Shown: positions 1-8,431, counted from the stretch's first letter. The stretch: DNA of 62,616 bases from a bacterium (GCA_027020915.1 JALUVF010000028.1:1-62616); one strand, 5' to 3'. The notes: a model not told the origin generated them from the sequence alone. Made by a program: numbers and translations.

Positions 1-417
1 GGTTACCCCACGGAAGGGGAAAGGGAGTTCCAGGAACTCATGGACTTCCTCAGGGAGGCTCCCCTGTTTCGCCTGGCCGCCTTCGCCTATTCCCACGAGG
101 AGGGCACTCCGGCGGCCACCCTACCCCAGGTGCCAGAAAAGGAGCGCCAAAAAAGGCTCAACCAGGTCCTGGCCTTCCAGGAGGAGCTCCACTACGCCAG
201 GAACCTGGAGTTGGTGGGCAGGGAGTTCCCGGTGCTTCTGGAAGAACCGGGCTGGGGCCGCTTCCCCGGCCAGGCACCGGAGATAGATGGGAAGGTCAAG
301 GTCCAGGCTGAGGTTGAGGTCGAGGTTGAGGTTGAGGAGAAAGACATAATAGAACTTGTAATAACCGACGCTGACGGGGTGGATCTGTATGGAAGGCCCG
401 GGATGACAAAAGGATAG
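1..417 (+). CDS. rimO: ribosomal protein S12 methylthiotransferase RimO, C-terminal part (5' end lies upstream of window)
   Basis: Frame 1 is open from nt 1 (GYPTEGEREFQELMDFLREAPLFRLAAFAYSHEEGTPAA...). This is the typical RimO/MiaB-family linker after the radical-SAM core, followed by a TRAM domain (APEIDGKVKV...LVITDADGVDLYG). Stop TAG 415-417. Confidence 0.75.
   Translation, partial: GYPTEGEREFQELMDFLREAPLFRLAAFAYSHEEGTPAATLPQVPEKERQKRLNQVLAFQEELHYARNLELVGREFPVLLEEPGWGRFPGQAPEIDGKVKVQAEVEVEVEVEEKDIIELVITDADGVDLYGRPGMTKG
310..339 (+). repeat. tandem hexanucleotide repeat (GAGGTY)5, in frame within rimO
   Basis: GAGGTT GAGGTC GAGGTT GAGGTT GAGGAG read directly; encodes EVEVEVEVEE. It is part of a 30-nt motif (304-333) that recurs at 54463-54492 (+) and 19162-19191 (-). 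Confidence 0.9.
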
Positions 418-465
418 AAAAGTATTATAGTTTATCCAAAATCATGAGAAGTGAGGATACCTCCC

Positions 466-1068
466 ATGGGAGACGCCACCCTGGAAAAGAGAGTAGACAG
501 GCTGGAGCTGGCCCTCATGGAGCTGGCCTACCAGTCCAGAAAGACTGAAATGGCCCTGGAGCAGCTCTCCAGGGAAATGCGGGACTTCAAAGAGGAGATG
601 AGGGCTTTCAGGGACGAGATAGAAAAGGGCTTCAAGGAAATGAACAAACGCTGGGGGGAGCTGGCAAACAAGATGGGTACCCTGGTGGAAGACATTGTGG
701 CCCCTGGCGTCCCCGCCGCCATCAAAAACACCTTCGGCTGGGAACTGGAAGAGCTGTCCACCAGAAGAAGAAAGAGAAAAAACGGCAGGGAAAGGGAGTA
801 CGATGTCATCGCCGTCACTCCCCACCATGTCTTCGTTATTGATGTCAAAGGCACATACAGGCCTCACTACCTGGAAGACTTCCAGAAAGCCCTGGAAGAG
901 TTTCTGGACTTCTTCCCCGAGTACTCAGGTAAAAAGCCGGTGGGGGTGGTGGCATCCCTGAACATGAACCAGGATATGGTCAATCTCGCCACCAAAAGGG
1001 GCTGGTTGGCCCTCAATCTGTCGGGAGACTACCTGGAGTTCCTCAATGCCGGGGATATAGAGCTATAG
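466..1068 (+). CDS. DUF3782-like protein: N-terminal coiled coil plus C-terminal PD-(D/E)xK nuclease-like domain
   Basis: The ORF opens at GTG 451, but ATG 466 has GAGGA 8 nt upstream. The N-terminal heptad-rich segment (LEKRVDRLELALMELAY...FKEEMRAFRDEIEK) is followed by EYDVIAV...VFVIDVKG, which fits a D...(D/E)xK nuclease motif. The architecture is recalled from DUF3782 proteins of thermophiles. Confidence 0.6.
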   Translation: MGDATLEKRVDRLELALMELAYQSRKTEMALEQLSREMRDFKEEMRAFRDEIEKGFKEMNKRWGELANKMGTLVEDIVAPGVPAAIKNTFGWELEELSTRRRKRKNGREREYDVIAVTPHHVFVIDVKGTYRPHYLEDFQKALEEFLDFFPEYSGKKPVGVVASLNMNQDMVNLATKRGWLALNLSGDYLEFLNAGDIEL

Positions 1069-1087
1069 AACTGGGGAGGTCAGAAAA

Positions 1088-1297
1088 ATGAAAGTATACA
1101 CCGCCGTCGTAGAAAAATGCCCAGATACCGGCCTGTATGTGGGCTACGTCCCCGGTCTTCCCGGTGCTCATTCTCAAGGCGAAACATTAGAAGAACTCAG
1201 AGAAAACCTCAAAGAGGTAATAGAAATGTTACTCGAAGACGGAGAACCGGAAGTGGAAAGCGAATTTATCGGCATCCAAACCATAGCTGTCGCCTAA
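1088..1297 (+). CDS. hicB: type II antitoxin, HicB family
   Basis: The 69-aa product [47 protein letters not shown] is a typical HicB/UPF0150 fold signature. GGGGAGG RBS upstream. It sits directly before hicA. Confidence 0.85.
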   Translation: MKVYTAVVEKCPDTGLYVGYVPGLPGAHSQGETLEELRENLKEVIEMLLEDGEPEVESEFIGIQTIAVA

Positions 1298-1298
1298 A

Positions 1299-1535
1299 AT
1301 GGGGAAATATCCGGTTCTGAAACCCACAGAAGTGGTCAGGATTTTAGAAAGACTTGGGTTCGAGGAAGTGCGTCAAAGAGGCTCCCACAAACAGTACAGG
1401 CACCCCGATGGTAGACGCACCACAGTTCCCTTCCACAAAGGCAAAGACATCTCACCCATATTGCTCAGACAAATAGCAAAAGACGTAGGTTTGACTGTTG
1501 AGCAGTTCCTGAGCTTCAGAAAAGGAGATCCATAA
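1299..1535 (+). CDS. hicA: type II toxin, HicA family mRNA interferase
   Basis: The 78-aa product contains [40 protein letters not shown], the HicA/YcfA signature (GSH..y). It starts 1 nt after the hicB stop. Confidence 0.85.
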   Translation: MGKYPVLKPTEVVRILERLGFEEVRQRGSHKQYRHPDGRRTTVPFHKGKDISPILLRQIAKDVGLTVEQFLSFRKGDP

Positions 1536-1615
1536 AAAGCTCAAATTCAAGACCTGACCCCAAAATTCAAATTCCCCCTGCAAAATTCCCCCTGGGAGCC
1601 CCCCAATTCATGGCG

Positions 1616-1686
1616 CATGGTCACTACACTCACTATATATATATACACTATACACTATATATACATGGTCACTATACACTCCTCAC
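1616..1686. repeat. AT-rich low-complexity block built from CACTATA/CACTAC units, bounded by a direct repeat CATGGTCACTAYACACTC
   Basis: CATGGTCACTACACTCAC occurs at 1616-1633 and CATGGTCACTATACACTC at 1664-1681. Between them lies TATATATATATACACTATACACTATATATA. The block lies in a convergent intergenic region (hicA stop 1535, beta-barrel gene stop 1747). Confidence 0.8.
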
Positions 1687-1690
1687 ACTC

Positions 1691-1724
1691 AAATAAAAAG
1701 GCCCGGGGAGTGATTCCCCGGGCC
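1691..1724 (-). terminator. rho-independent terminator of the beta-barrel gene
   Basis: On the minus strand, the stem GGCCCGGGG (1724-1716) pairs with CCCCGGGCC (1708-1700) and is followed by TTTTTATTT (1699-1691). It lies 23 nt after the stop at 1747. Confidence 0.75.
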
Positions 1725-1746
1725 TCATGGAACCAGGTTGGCCGGC

Positions 1747-3348
1747 TCAGAAGACGAACTTCACGCCCAGCTGGCCGTGCCAGGCGGGATCGGAGTCGTT
1801 GTCGTTGTAGAGGACCTTGTTGATGTCGTCGATGCCGTCGCCAGGCCACAGGACGGAGATACCACCAAACATGGTGACGTTGGGGTAGATCTTGTAGCTC
1901 ACCATGAGATCCGTCTCCCAACCGATCTCCTCGTCAATGCTCTTGGCCTTGTCGGGCCGGTAGTCAGCCTGTTCGGAATCCACCGTGTAAGGCGTCCTCA
2001 AGATGGTCCCGGACTTGTTGTCACCAAGCTGGGCCTCGATGGGATCGGTGTTGTCCCACTGGAGGTACTTCACCATGGCCTTAACGTTCCAGTCGGTGGC
2101 AGGCACCCAGTCAACAGTGAATACGATGGCCCACAGACCGGGGTTGTCACCATGACCGCCAAGACCCTGAGCATCAACAGGCTGCCCCACAACACCACCA
2201 ATACCGGGACCCACGCCCCAGTTCAGGGGGTTCCAGCCATAAATGGTGTTACCAATGACCGGCTGGAAGTTGATGCCGTGGACGGGCAGGGTGCCCATGG
2301 ACCAGGGCTTGAAGAACCTGGTGCCGCCGGTGACACCCACAAATCCCTCCAGGTCACCGTCGTTGGGGTCATCGTCGCCGGAGAAGTAGATACCACCCAG
2401 ACCCACCACAAACTTGTTGAGGCTGGGGGCCCACTGGGCCAAGTCCACCTGGAAGTTGATCAAACCCGCCCAGGCAGAGATATCAAAGTTATCCTCGCGA
2501 GAGCCATCGGGCAGAGTCATCTTGTTGTCAAGATCGACATTACCGCCCTGATAGACACCCTCTACCTGGTACATGAGGGGTCCAACCTTACCGGTGGCAT
2601 AGGCACCAAAATAGTAAACATTCCAAACCCCATAACCGGGAACCCGAATCATCTGACCATTATGGTCATAGGCCCCAAAGATGGCGGGCTTGAAGCAGGG
2701 GCCAAAGTCATAGGCCAGACGCAACGCGTAGACGTCCCTGTTGGAGTCGGTCTTGAAGGCCTGGACATCAGTCTGCTCAGACTTCCTGGCAAACTTGAAG
2801 TCCCAGGAGAACTTCTCGTAGTTGCCGTAGAAGCGGATGCCGGGATCGTCGTCGAAGTAGACCAGGGCGCCGCCGGGCCTGTCCAGGGCCCAGATGTCGT
2901 GGCCCACACCCAACCAGGCGTTCACGGGGAGGAACTTGAGCTTGAACTCGAAGTAGGCCCGCTCCACACGCCAGCGGTCGTAGTCAACGCCATTGAAGGA
3001 ACTGTAATTCTCGTCTTTACCCTGGTCAAAATCGGAACCCTTGTAGGAGAAGAGCAGATGGGCCCTCCACTGGCCCGCCTTCACAAAGTCTACAGGGAAG
3101 TAGACCATGTGGGACATGTAGTTGTCCCTCACGTACCCTTCGGGATCACCAAACCACTTGGGATCCGAAGCATCACTGTAAAAATCATAGTTCTTGGCCC
3201 AGTTGACGGTGAACAACTCCACCATACCGAACCTGGCCTCGATGCCGCTCTTGGTGGGAATCCTAACAGAGAGCACTCCGGCAGAGGCGGTCCATGCGAG
3301 GCCCAAAAGGAATGCCAGCGCTACCAACAACGACCATCCTTTTCTCAT
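1747..3348 (-). CDS. outer-membrane beta-barrel protein (porin-like; family not resolved by eye)
   Basis: The 533-aa product has a signal peptide (MRKGWSLLVALAFLLGLAWTASA). It is rich in aromatic residues and Gly with alternating-strand character, and carries Asp/Asn/Gly-rich loops. The C-terminus (GVKFVF) ends in Phe, as in Bam-dependent OMPs. Confidence 0.75.
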   Translation of the reverse strand: MRKGWSLLVALAFLLGLAWTASAGVLSVRIPTKSGIEARFGMVELFTVNWAKNYDFYSDASDPKWFGDPEGYVRDNYMSHMVYFPVDFVKAGQWRAHLLFSYKGSDFDQGKDENYSSFNGVDYDRWRVERAYFEFKLKFLPVNAWLGVGHDIWALDRPGGALVYFDDDPGIRFYGNYEKFSWDFKFARKSEQTDVQAFKTDSNRDVYALRLAYDFGPCFKPAIFGAYDHNGQMIRVPGYGVWNVYYFGAYATGKVGPLMYQVEGVYQGGNVDLDNKMTLPDGSREDNFDISAWAGLINFQVDLAQWAPSLNKFVVGLGGIYFSGDDDPNDGDLEGFVGVTGGTRFFKPWSMGTLPVHGINFQPVIGNTIYGWNPLNWGVGPGIGGVVGQPVDAQGLGGHGDNPGLWAIVFTVDWVPATDWNVKAMVKYLQWDNTDPIEAQLGDNKSGTILRTPYTVDSEQADYRPDKAKSIDEEIGWETDLMVSYKIYPNVTMFGGISVLWPGDGIDDINKVLYNDNDSDPAWHGQLGVKFVF

Positions 3349-3490
3349 ACCTACCTACCTCCTTTACCCAAAAATAAATTTCTGCAAAGACCTAAAACCT
3401 TCACCCTCAACCCTACTCCATACCACCCTCCCCTTGCTTTCCCACCTCCCTTCGCTATGGTTTGCATCCCAACCTACCATCTCGAGAGCT

Positions 3491-3519
3491 AGAATAATAA
3501 ACATCTGTTGCCCTGTCAA
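3491..3519 (-). promoter_or_regulatory. sigma70-like promoter for the beta-barrel gene (TTGACA-N17-TATTCT)
   Basis: On the minus strand, TTGACA is at 3519-3514, the spacer is 17 nt and TATTCT is at 3496-3491. This predicts a purine-rich leader of about 135 nt. Confidence 0.45.
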
Positions 3520-3537
3520 TGATACACTCCCGTTTTT

Positions 3538-5403
3538 CTATACGCCCGGCACGGGGTAGATGTCAATCCTCATCTTGCCTACCTTCTTATTGTAAGAGAG
3601 GAAAACTACATCCAAAACGCCGTCTCCATTGACATCCCCCAGGGCCAAGTCTTCGGCGTACAAGTCCTTGAATTTAGGAGTCTCCCACAGAATATCAAAA
3701 TAAGCGCCATAGGCCTTCCCGGAACCCACAAAAGCCAGTTTAATCACTCTGCCGTTCACCCCCTGCCAGGGAGCCTCCAGCTTTATCCCCGCCAGGACAA
3801 ATGAAGGCACATCGTTCACCACGGTAAATATGGACACCTTGCCGTCAGCCTCGAGATAGGCGGTGACCAAGCGCCTGGGAATGTACCTCTTTATGGCCAC
3901 GTCCGTAGGGTCAAAGTTCTTCATGGCAGGGATTCTGGGAAACCTGGGAGTCTGATAGAAGAAGTCGTACTTCACCACTCCCAGGCTGTCGGGGCTCTCC
4001 CAGAGGGGCTGGCCCTTGGTATTGTAAATGGTGAGATAGTTGTCCTTGTCTAACAAGGCCACCTCCAGCTTGCCGTCCAAATTGAAGTCATCCCAGGCGA
4101 TGCCGTAGAGATGGTCCAGTTTAGTCACAAAACTATAAGTAGGCTTGGGAGCCTTCACATACCTCTTGCCGTTCCACACCAGCTGGAACACAGGTCCCTG
4201 GAAGGTCTCATACTCCCCCATTTTCTGGGCCAAGAGGACGGCTGGCCTCTTACCCACACTGGGATGAACCACCATGAAATAGTAAGGCACCTTTTTCTGG
4301 ATCACCTTGAACTTGTCTCCCTTGAGCTCCAGTACCATGGAGGAGAGATAAGGCCTGATATAACCGGAGATGAGGTTCTCCACTACGGAGGTGATGAACA
4401 CCTCGGGCCTGCCGTTACCGTTGAGGTCCGCCAGATCCACCCGTAGATATCGATGGGCGTATGCACCGAAGGAGGGAAGCTTATAAAGGTACTTCTTTTG
4501 AAACTCTTTGCCCTTCAATTTATACACATTGAGACTTTTGGCCCCCAGAAGGACAATCTCGTCCTTGCCGTCCCCATCCACGTCTCCCACGGCCACGGAA
4601 TAAAACTTCTCCTTGAACACCCGGGAGGCAAGGGCGGACATGTACCCCTCCCATTCCCCTGTCTCCATGAGGGTCTTTTTCTTCAGAATATCGGCATAAG
4701 AGGCGGTCTTCACCAGCTTCATACTCTCCTGGAGGGCAAAGAGGGAGCTCTTGGTCACCATTGACTCCACGTAACACCCCAGAACGGGCAGGGTCCCCCC
4801 GGAGGCGACCACGGGATGAAGGACCACGCCATAGGCATTGGAGGGCAGGGACTCACCGGGAGCCAACAGGCGGAAAAGGAGGGATTCGCCCAAGGCGAAG
4901 TTCAAAACGGTGCTCAACTCCTTGGGGTCCACCTCCACCCCCGCCTCCACCTTGGGAGGGGCCACGGTCACATAGACCACCTGGGGAGGCTCCACCTTGT
5001 ACCCTCGCTCCACAGTCCCCCATGTCCTGACAAGCCTGGCCAGATAGTACTTCCCCTCACGCCGGGCCACCTGGGCCAGGGCTACGGGGGTATCGAAACC
5101 GGGATAGGTGCTGCCCGTCTTCTTGTCTATAATGGGCTTGCCCGGTTTATAGATAACCACTTCCAACCCTATAGGGATACTGCCCTGAGCCAAGAGGAGG
5201 ACCTCCCCCTTCCTCACCAGCACCACTTTGGCCGGAGGAGGAGTGAACCTCTTCTCCAGTTTCTGGACCAGGGCCTCAGCGGAGGCCTTAATATCCAGGG
5301 AGTATGGGCCCCTGGGCATCTGAGGCTTCAGGGTTCCACCCCAGGATTCTCCTCCCAAAAGGACCAAGGCCAGAACCAGGAAAAGCCCAAAACCTCTCTT
5401 CAA
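3538..5403 (-). CDS. secreted FG-GAP/VCBS repeat beta-propeller protein
   Basis: Repeated Ca-binding-like FG-GAP motifs are present: VGDVDGDGKDEIV, LADLNGNGRPEVF, WDDFNLDGKLEVA, LGDVNGDGVLDVV. The ORF opens at ATG 5487. However, TTG 5403 is preceded by GGAGGT and yields a classic signal peptide (MKRGFGLFLVLALVLLGG), and a promoter lies inside the longer ORF. Confidence 0.75.
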   Translation of the reverse strand: MKRGFGLFLVLALVLLGGESWGGTLKPQMPRGPYSLDIKASAEALVQKLEKRFTPPPAKVVLVRKGEVLLLAQGSIPIGLEVVIYKPGKPIIDKKTGSTYPGFDTPVALAQVARREGKYYLARLVRTWGTVERGYKVEPPQVVYVTVAPPKVEAGVEVDPKELSTVLNFALGESLLFRLLAPGESLPSNAYGVVLHPVVASGGTLPVLGCYVESMVTKSSLFALQESMKLVKTASYADILKKKTLMETGEWEGYMSALASRVFKEKFYSVAVGDVDGDGKDEIVLLGAKSLNVYKLKGKEFQKKYLYKLPSFGAYAHRYLRVDLADLNGNGRPEVFITSVVENLISGYIRPYLSSMVLELKGDKFKVIQKKVPYYFMVVHPSVGKRPAVLLAQKMGEYETFQGPVFQLVWNGKRYVKAPKPTYSFVTKLDHLYGIAWDDFNLDGKLEVALLDKDNYLTIYNTKGQPLWESPDSLGVVKYDFFYQTPRFPRIPAMKNFDPTDVAIKRYIPRRLVTAYLEADGKVSIFTVVNDVPSFVLAGIKLEAPWQGVNGRVIKLAFVGSGKAYGAYFDILWETPKFKDLYAEDLALGDVNGDGVLDVVFLSYNKKVGKMRIDIYPVPGV

Positions 5404-5431
5404 ACCGCCACCTCCGCCAAATATGGGGATG

Positions 5432-5460
5432 AGATTAAGCCGCCGACATGCAGGTGTCAA
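5432..5460 (-). promoter_or_regulatory. sigma70-like promoter for the FG-GAP gene (TTGACA-N17-TAATCT)
   Basis: On the minus strand, TTGACA is at 5460-5455, the spacer is 17 nt and TAATCT is at 5437-5432, about 30 nt upstream of the TTG 5403 start. Confidence 0.4.
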
Positions 5461-5614
5461 GTTATAAAGGGCCGGTGGATGGCTCATAGCTCATGGTTCA
5501 TTGCTCGTGGCTTATTCCCCGGTGGTCTGCCCCCTGTCCCGGCCTACAAGTTGCCCACGAATGGGGTTTCTGATAGTGAAGCCCCTGAATAAAGAAAAGG
5601 GGAAGGAGGCTGTC

Positions 5615-6067
5615 ATGTCCCTGAAAGATAAAATCCTGCAGGATATGAAAGAAGCCATGAAAGCCAGAGACCAGCTCAGGCTCTCCACCCTCAGGCTCCT
5701 GGTGTCGGAAATCAAAAACAAGGAGATAGACGCCAAAGGGGAACTGAAGGACGAGGACATCCTGGCCATCATCCAGAAGGCGGTGAAGCAGCGCCAGGAC
5801 TCCATAGCCCAGTACGAAAAGGGAGGACGCCAGGACCTGGCCGACAAGGAGAAGGCCGAACTGGAGATCCTCAAGGCCTACCTGCCGGAAGAACTGAGCC
5901 GGGAAGAGATCCTGGAGATCATCGACCAGGCCATAGCCGCCACGGGGGCCTCCTCCCCCAAAGAGATGGGGAAAGTGATGCGGGAGGTCATGCCCAAGGT
6001 GAAGGGCAGGGCCGATGGCAAGGTGGTGAACGAGCTGGTGAGGAAGAGACTGGCAGGGGAGGCCTGA
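5615..6067 (+). CDS. yqeY: GatB/YqeY domain-containing protein
   Basis: MSLKDKILQDMKEAMKARDQLRLSTLRLLVSEIKNKEID...KGRADGKVVNELVRKRL matches the YqeY family throughout. ATG 5615 is preceded by GGAAGGAGG. The longer ORF from 5501 has a non-homologous N-terminus. Confidence 0.85.
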   Translation: MSLKDKILQDMKEAMKARDQLRLSTLRLLVSEIKNKEIDAKGELKDEDILAIIQKAVKQRQDSIAQYEKGGRQDLADKEKAELEILKAYLPEELSREEILEIIDQAIAATGASSPKEMGKVMREVMPKVKGRADGKVVNELVRKRLAGEA

Positions 6068-6080
6068 GAACACGAGAATC

Positions 6081-8426
6081 ATGTTTTCTCCCCACACCCT
6101 AAAGATCCTGGACTTCTTCTCCCTCCTGGAGGTGGTGGCCCAAAAAGCCGCATCGGAGCCCGGGAGGAAGGCCGTCCTTGAGCTCAGGCCCCAAAGCCAT
6201 TTGGAGGACGTAAAAAGGAACCTGGAGGAGGTGAGGGAGGCCATAAACGCCGAGGCTGAGGGGGACCTTCCCTCCATGGGGGACCTGGAAGACATCCAGC
6301 CTCTCCTGGAAAAGGCCCGTCCCCGGGGTGCCGTCCTGGTCCCCGAAGAACTCCTGACCATTAAAAAGCAGTTGCTACTGGCCCAGAGGGTAAAAGAGGC
6401 CCTGGGAAAGAGGGAAGGCTCTCCCCTTTTGGTCAGCCACGCCCAGAAGCTCCACCTCCTGGAAGACCTGAGGGAAACCCTGGACAGGGTGATAAGTCCC
6501 TACGGAGAGGTGCTGGACAGCGCCAGCCCCCAGTTGGCCCAAATCCGCCTCAAAAGGGAAGGACTGCGCAGGGATATCAGAGAGCGCCTCCAGCAACTCC
6601 TGGGGGCCCCACACCTGGCCCAGGCCTTCCAGGAGAGGGCCATCACCATGAGGAACGGCCGCTACGTGGTGCCCATCAAGGCCCAGTTCTCGGGAAAGGT
6701 GAAGGGACTGGTCCAGGATCAGTCGGCCACGGGAGCCACCCTCTATGTAGAACCCTTCAGCGTGGTGGAGCTCAACAACAGGCTGGTCAGGACAGAGAGG
6801 GAGGAGGAAAAGGAGATAGAGCGCATCCTCGGGGAGTGCACCACCCTGGTGAGGGAACACTCGGGGGCCCTGAAGAGGAACCAGGCCACCCTGGCCCACC
6901 TGGATTCCCTGGGGGCCAGGGCCCGATTCGCCCTGGAATACAGGGCATCCGTCCCCATGATCTCCGGGGAACCCTCATGGTCCATCCTCCAGGGACGGCA
7001 TCCCATACTAATAAAGGAAAAGGGGCTGGAAGGGACAGTGCCTCTGGAGATCCACCTGAGCAAAAGGGGCGGAAAGAGAGGGGACCCCCCCTGCCATACC
7101 CTGGTCATCACGGGACCCAACACGGGAGGCAAGACGGTGGCTTTAAAGACCATGGGGCTCCTGGCCCTCATGGTCCAGAGCGGCATTCCTGCCACGGCCC
7201 ATGCCGACTCCCGGTTTCCCCTCTTCTCCTCGGTCATGGCCGACATCGGCGATGAACAGAGCATCCAGCAGAACCTCTCCACCTTCTCGGCCCACATGAA
7301 GAACATCCGGGAGATCCTGGACAGGGCCGACAGCAACTCCCTGGTGATAATAGACGAGCTGGGGGCCGGAACGGATCCCTGGGAAGGGGCCCCCCTGGGC
7401 ATGGCCATCCTGGAAACACTACACAACAGGGGAGCCTGGTGCCTGGTCTCCACCCACCACAACGAGCTCAAGCTCTTTGCCCACGCCACCCCTGGCATGG
7501 AGAACGCCTCGGTGGAGTTCGATCCCCAGAGCCTATCTCCCACCTACCGGCTCCTGGTGGGGGTACCTGGAAAGAGCAACGCTCTCATCATCGCCGAGAA
7601 GCTGGGCATTCCCCCTGCCGTAATCAAACGGGCCAGGGAGTTCCAGGAGAAGGAGCGCTGGGAGATCGAACAGGTCATCTCCCAGCTGGAGGCCGAGACC
7701 CAGAGGGTCCACAAGATGGGGGAAGAGCTGGAGAAAAAGGAGGAAGAGGCCCGGGAGGAGGTCCGACGCCTGAAGGAGAAATGGGAAACCCTCATAAAAG
7801 AGGAGGAAGAGCGCCTAGCCCAGGCCAGGAAGCTCATCTCCCTCCTCCATAGGGAGGTGAAGAGGCTCTCCAGGGAGTTGAAAAAGGGGGAGCTGGCCCA
7901 GGTGACAAAAAGGATAAAGGAACTGGAGGGAGAGCTGGCCCGCCTGGAGCCCAGCCAGGGAGGAGAAAAGCCCGTCCCCGGAGACAGGGTGAAGGTCTGG
8001 GGCCTGGGGCTGGAGGGAGAGATCCTCTCCATTAAGGGAGACCAGGCCCAGATAGACACAGGCAAAATGGCCATGGTGGTGCCCGTGAAACACCTCACGG
8101 TGGTGAGCAAGGCCACAGGAGAGAAGAAAAGGAAAGGGCAGGAGGAGAAAGCTGTCTTCCACTTCTCCGGGCGAGACGGGGTGCCCATGGAGCTCCACCT
8201 TCTGGGCAAGAGGGTGGAGGAGGCCCTGCCCCTCATAGACAAGTTCCTGGACGACGCCTACCTGGCGGGTCTGAAAGAGGTGAGGATAGTCCACGGCGTG
8301 GGCACGGGCATCCTGAAAAAGGCGGTGAGAGAGCATTTGCGGGCCTCCCCCCTGGTAGACTCTTTCCAGGAAGCCCCCAGGGAAGAGGGGGGCAGCGGTG
8401 CCACCATTGTTAAGCTCAAGGGTTAG
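6081..8426 (+). CDS. mutS2: endonuclease MutS2 (MutS domain V ATPase plus C-terminal Smr)
   Basis: The 781-aa product has a Walker A motif (VITGPNTGGKTVALKT), DELGAGTDP, a long coiled coil, and a C-terminal Smr domain (ELHLLGKRVEEALPLIDKFLDDA...RIVHGVGTGILKKAVREHL). Confidence 0.95.
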   Translation: MFSPHTLKILDFFSLLEVVAQKAASEPGRKAVLELRPQSHLEDVKRNLEEVREAINAEAEGDLPSMGDLEDIQPLLEKARPRGAVLVPEELLTIKKQLLLAQRVKEALGKREGSPLLVSHAQKLHLLEDLRETLDRVISPYGEVLDSASPQLAQIRLKREGLRRDIRERLQQLLGAPHLAQAFQERAITMRNGRYVVPIKAQFSGKVKGLVQDQSATGATLYVEPFSVVELNNRLVRTEREEEKEIERILGECTTLVREHSGALKRNQATLAHLDSLGARARFALEYRASVPMISGEPSWSILQGRHPILIKEKGLEGTVPLEIHLSKRGGKRGDPPCHTLVITGPNTGGKTVALKTMGLLALMVQSGIPATAHADSRFPLFSSVMADIGDEQSIQQNLSTFSAHMKNIREILDRADSNSLVIIDELGAGTDPWEGAPLGMAILETLHNRGAWCLVSTHHNELKLFAHATPGMENASVEFDPQSLSPTYRLLVGVPGKSNALIIAEKLGIPPAVIKRAREFQEKERWEIEQVISQLEAETQRVHKMGEELEKKEEEAREEVRRLKEKWETLIKEEEERLAQARKLISLLHREVKRLSRELKKGELAQVTKRIKELEGELARLEPSQGGEKPVPGDRVKVWGLGLEGEILSIKGDQAQIDTGKMAMVVPVKHLTVVSKATGEKKRKGQEEKAVFHFSGRDGVPMELHLLGKRVEEALPLIDKFLDDAYLAGLKEVRIVHGVGTGILKKAVREHLRASPLVDSFQEAPREEGGSGATIVKLKG

Positions 8427-8431
8427 AGAGG

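Noticed and set aside
310-339. The GAGGTT tandem repeats considered as a CRISPR array or minisatellite
   Set aside because: The units are 6 nt with no spacers and lie in frame inside a gene. There are no cas genes in the window. It is a coding microsatellite, not a CRISPR array.
1738-3492. A 584-aa plus-strand ORF antisense to the beta-barrel gene
   Set aside because: It is low-complexity and rich in Gly, Val, His, Pro and Asp, with no recognisable domain. It lies exactly opposite a gene with a signal peptide, beta-barrel features, a promoter and a terminator. This is a typical GC-rich antisense artefact.
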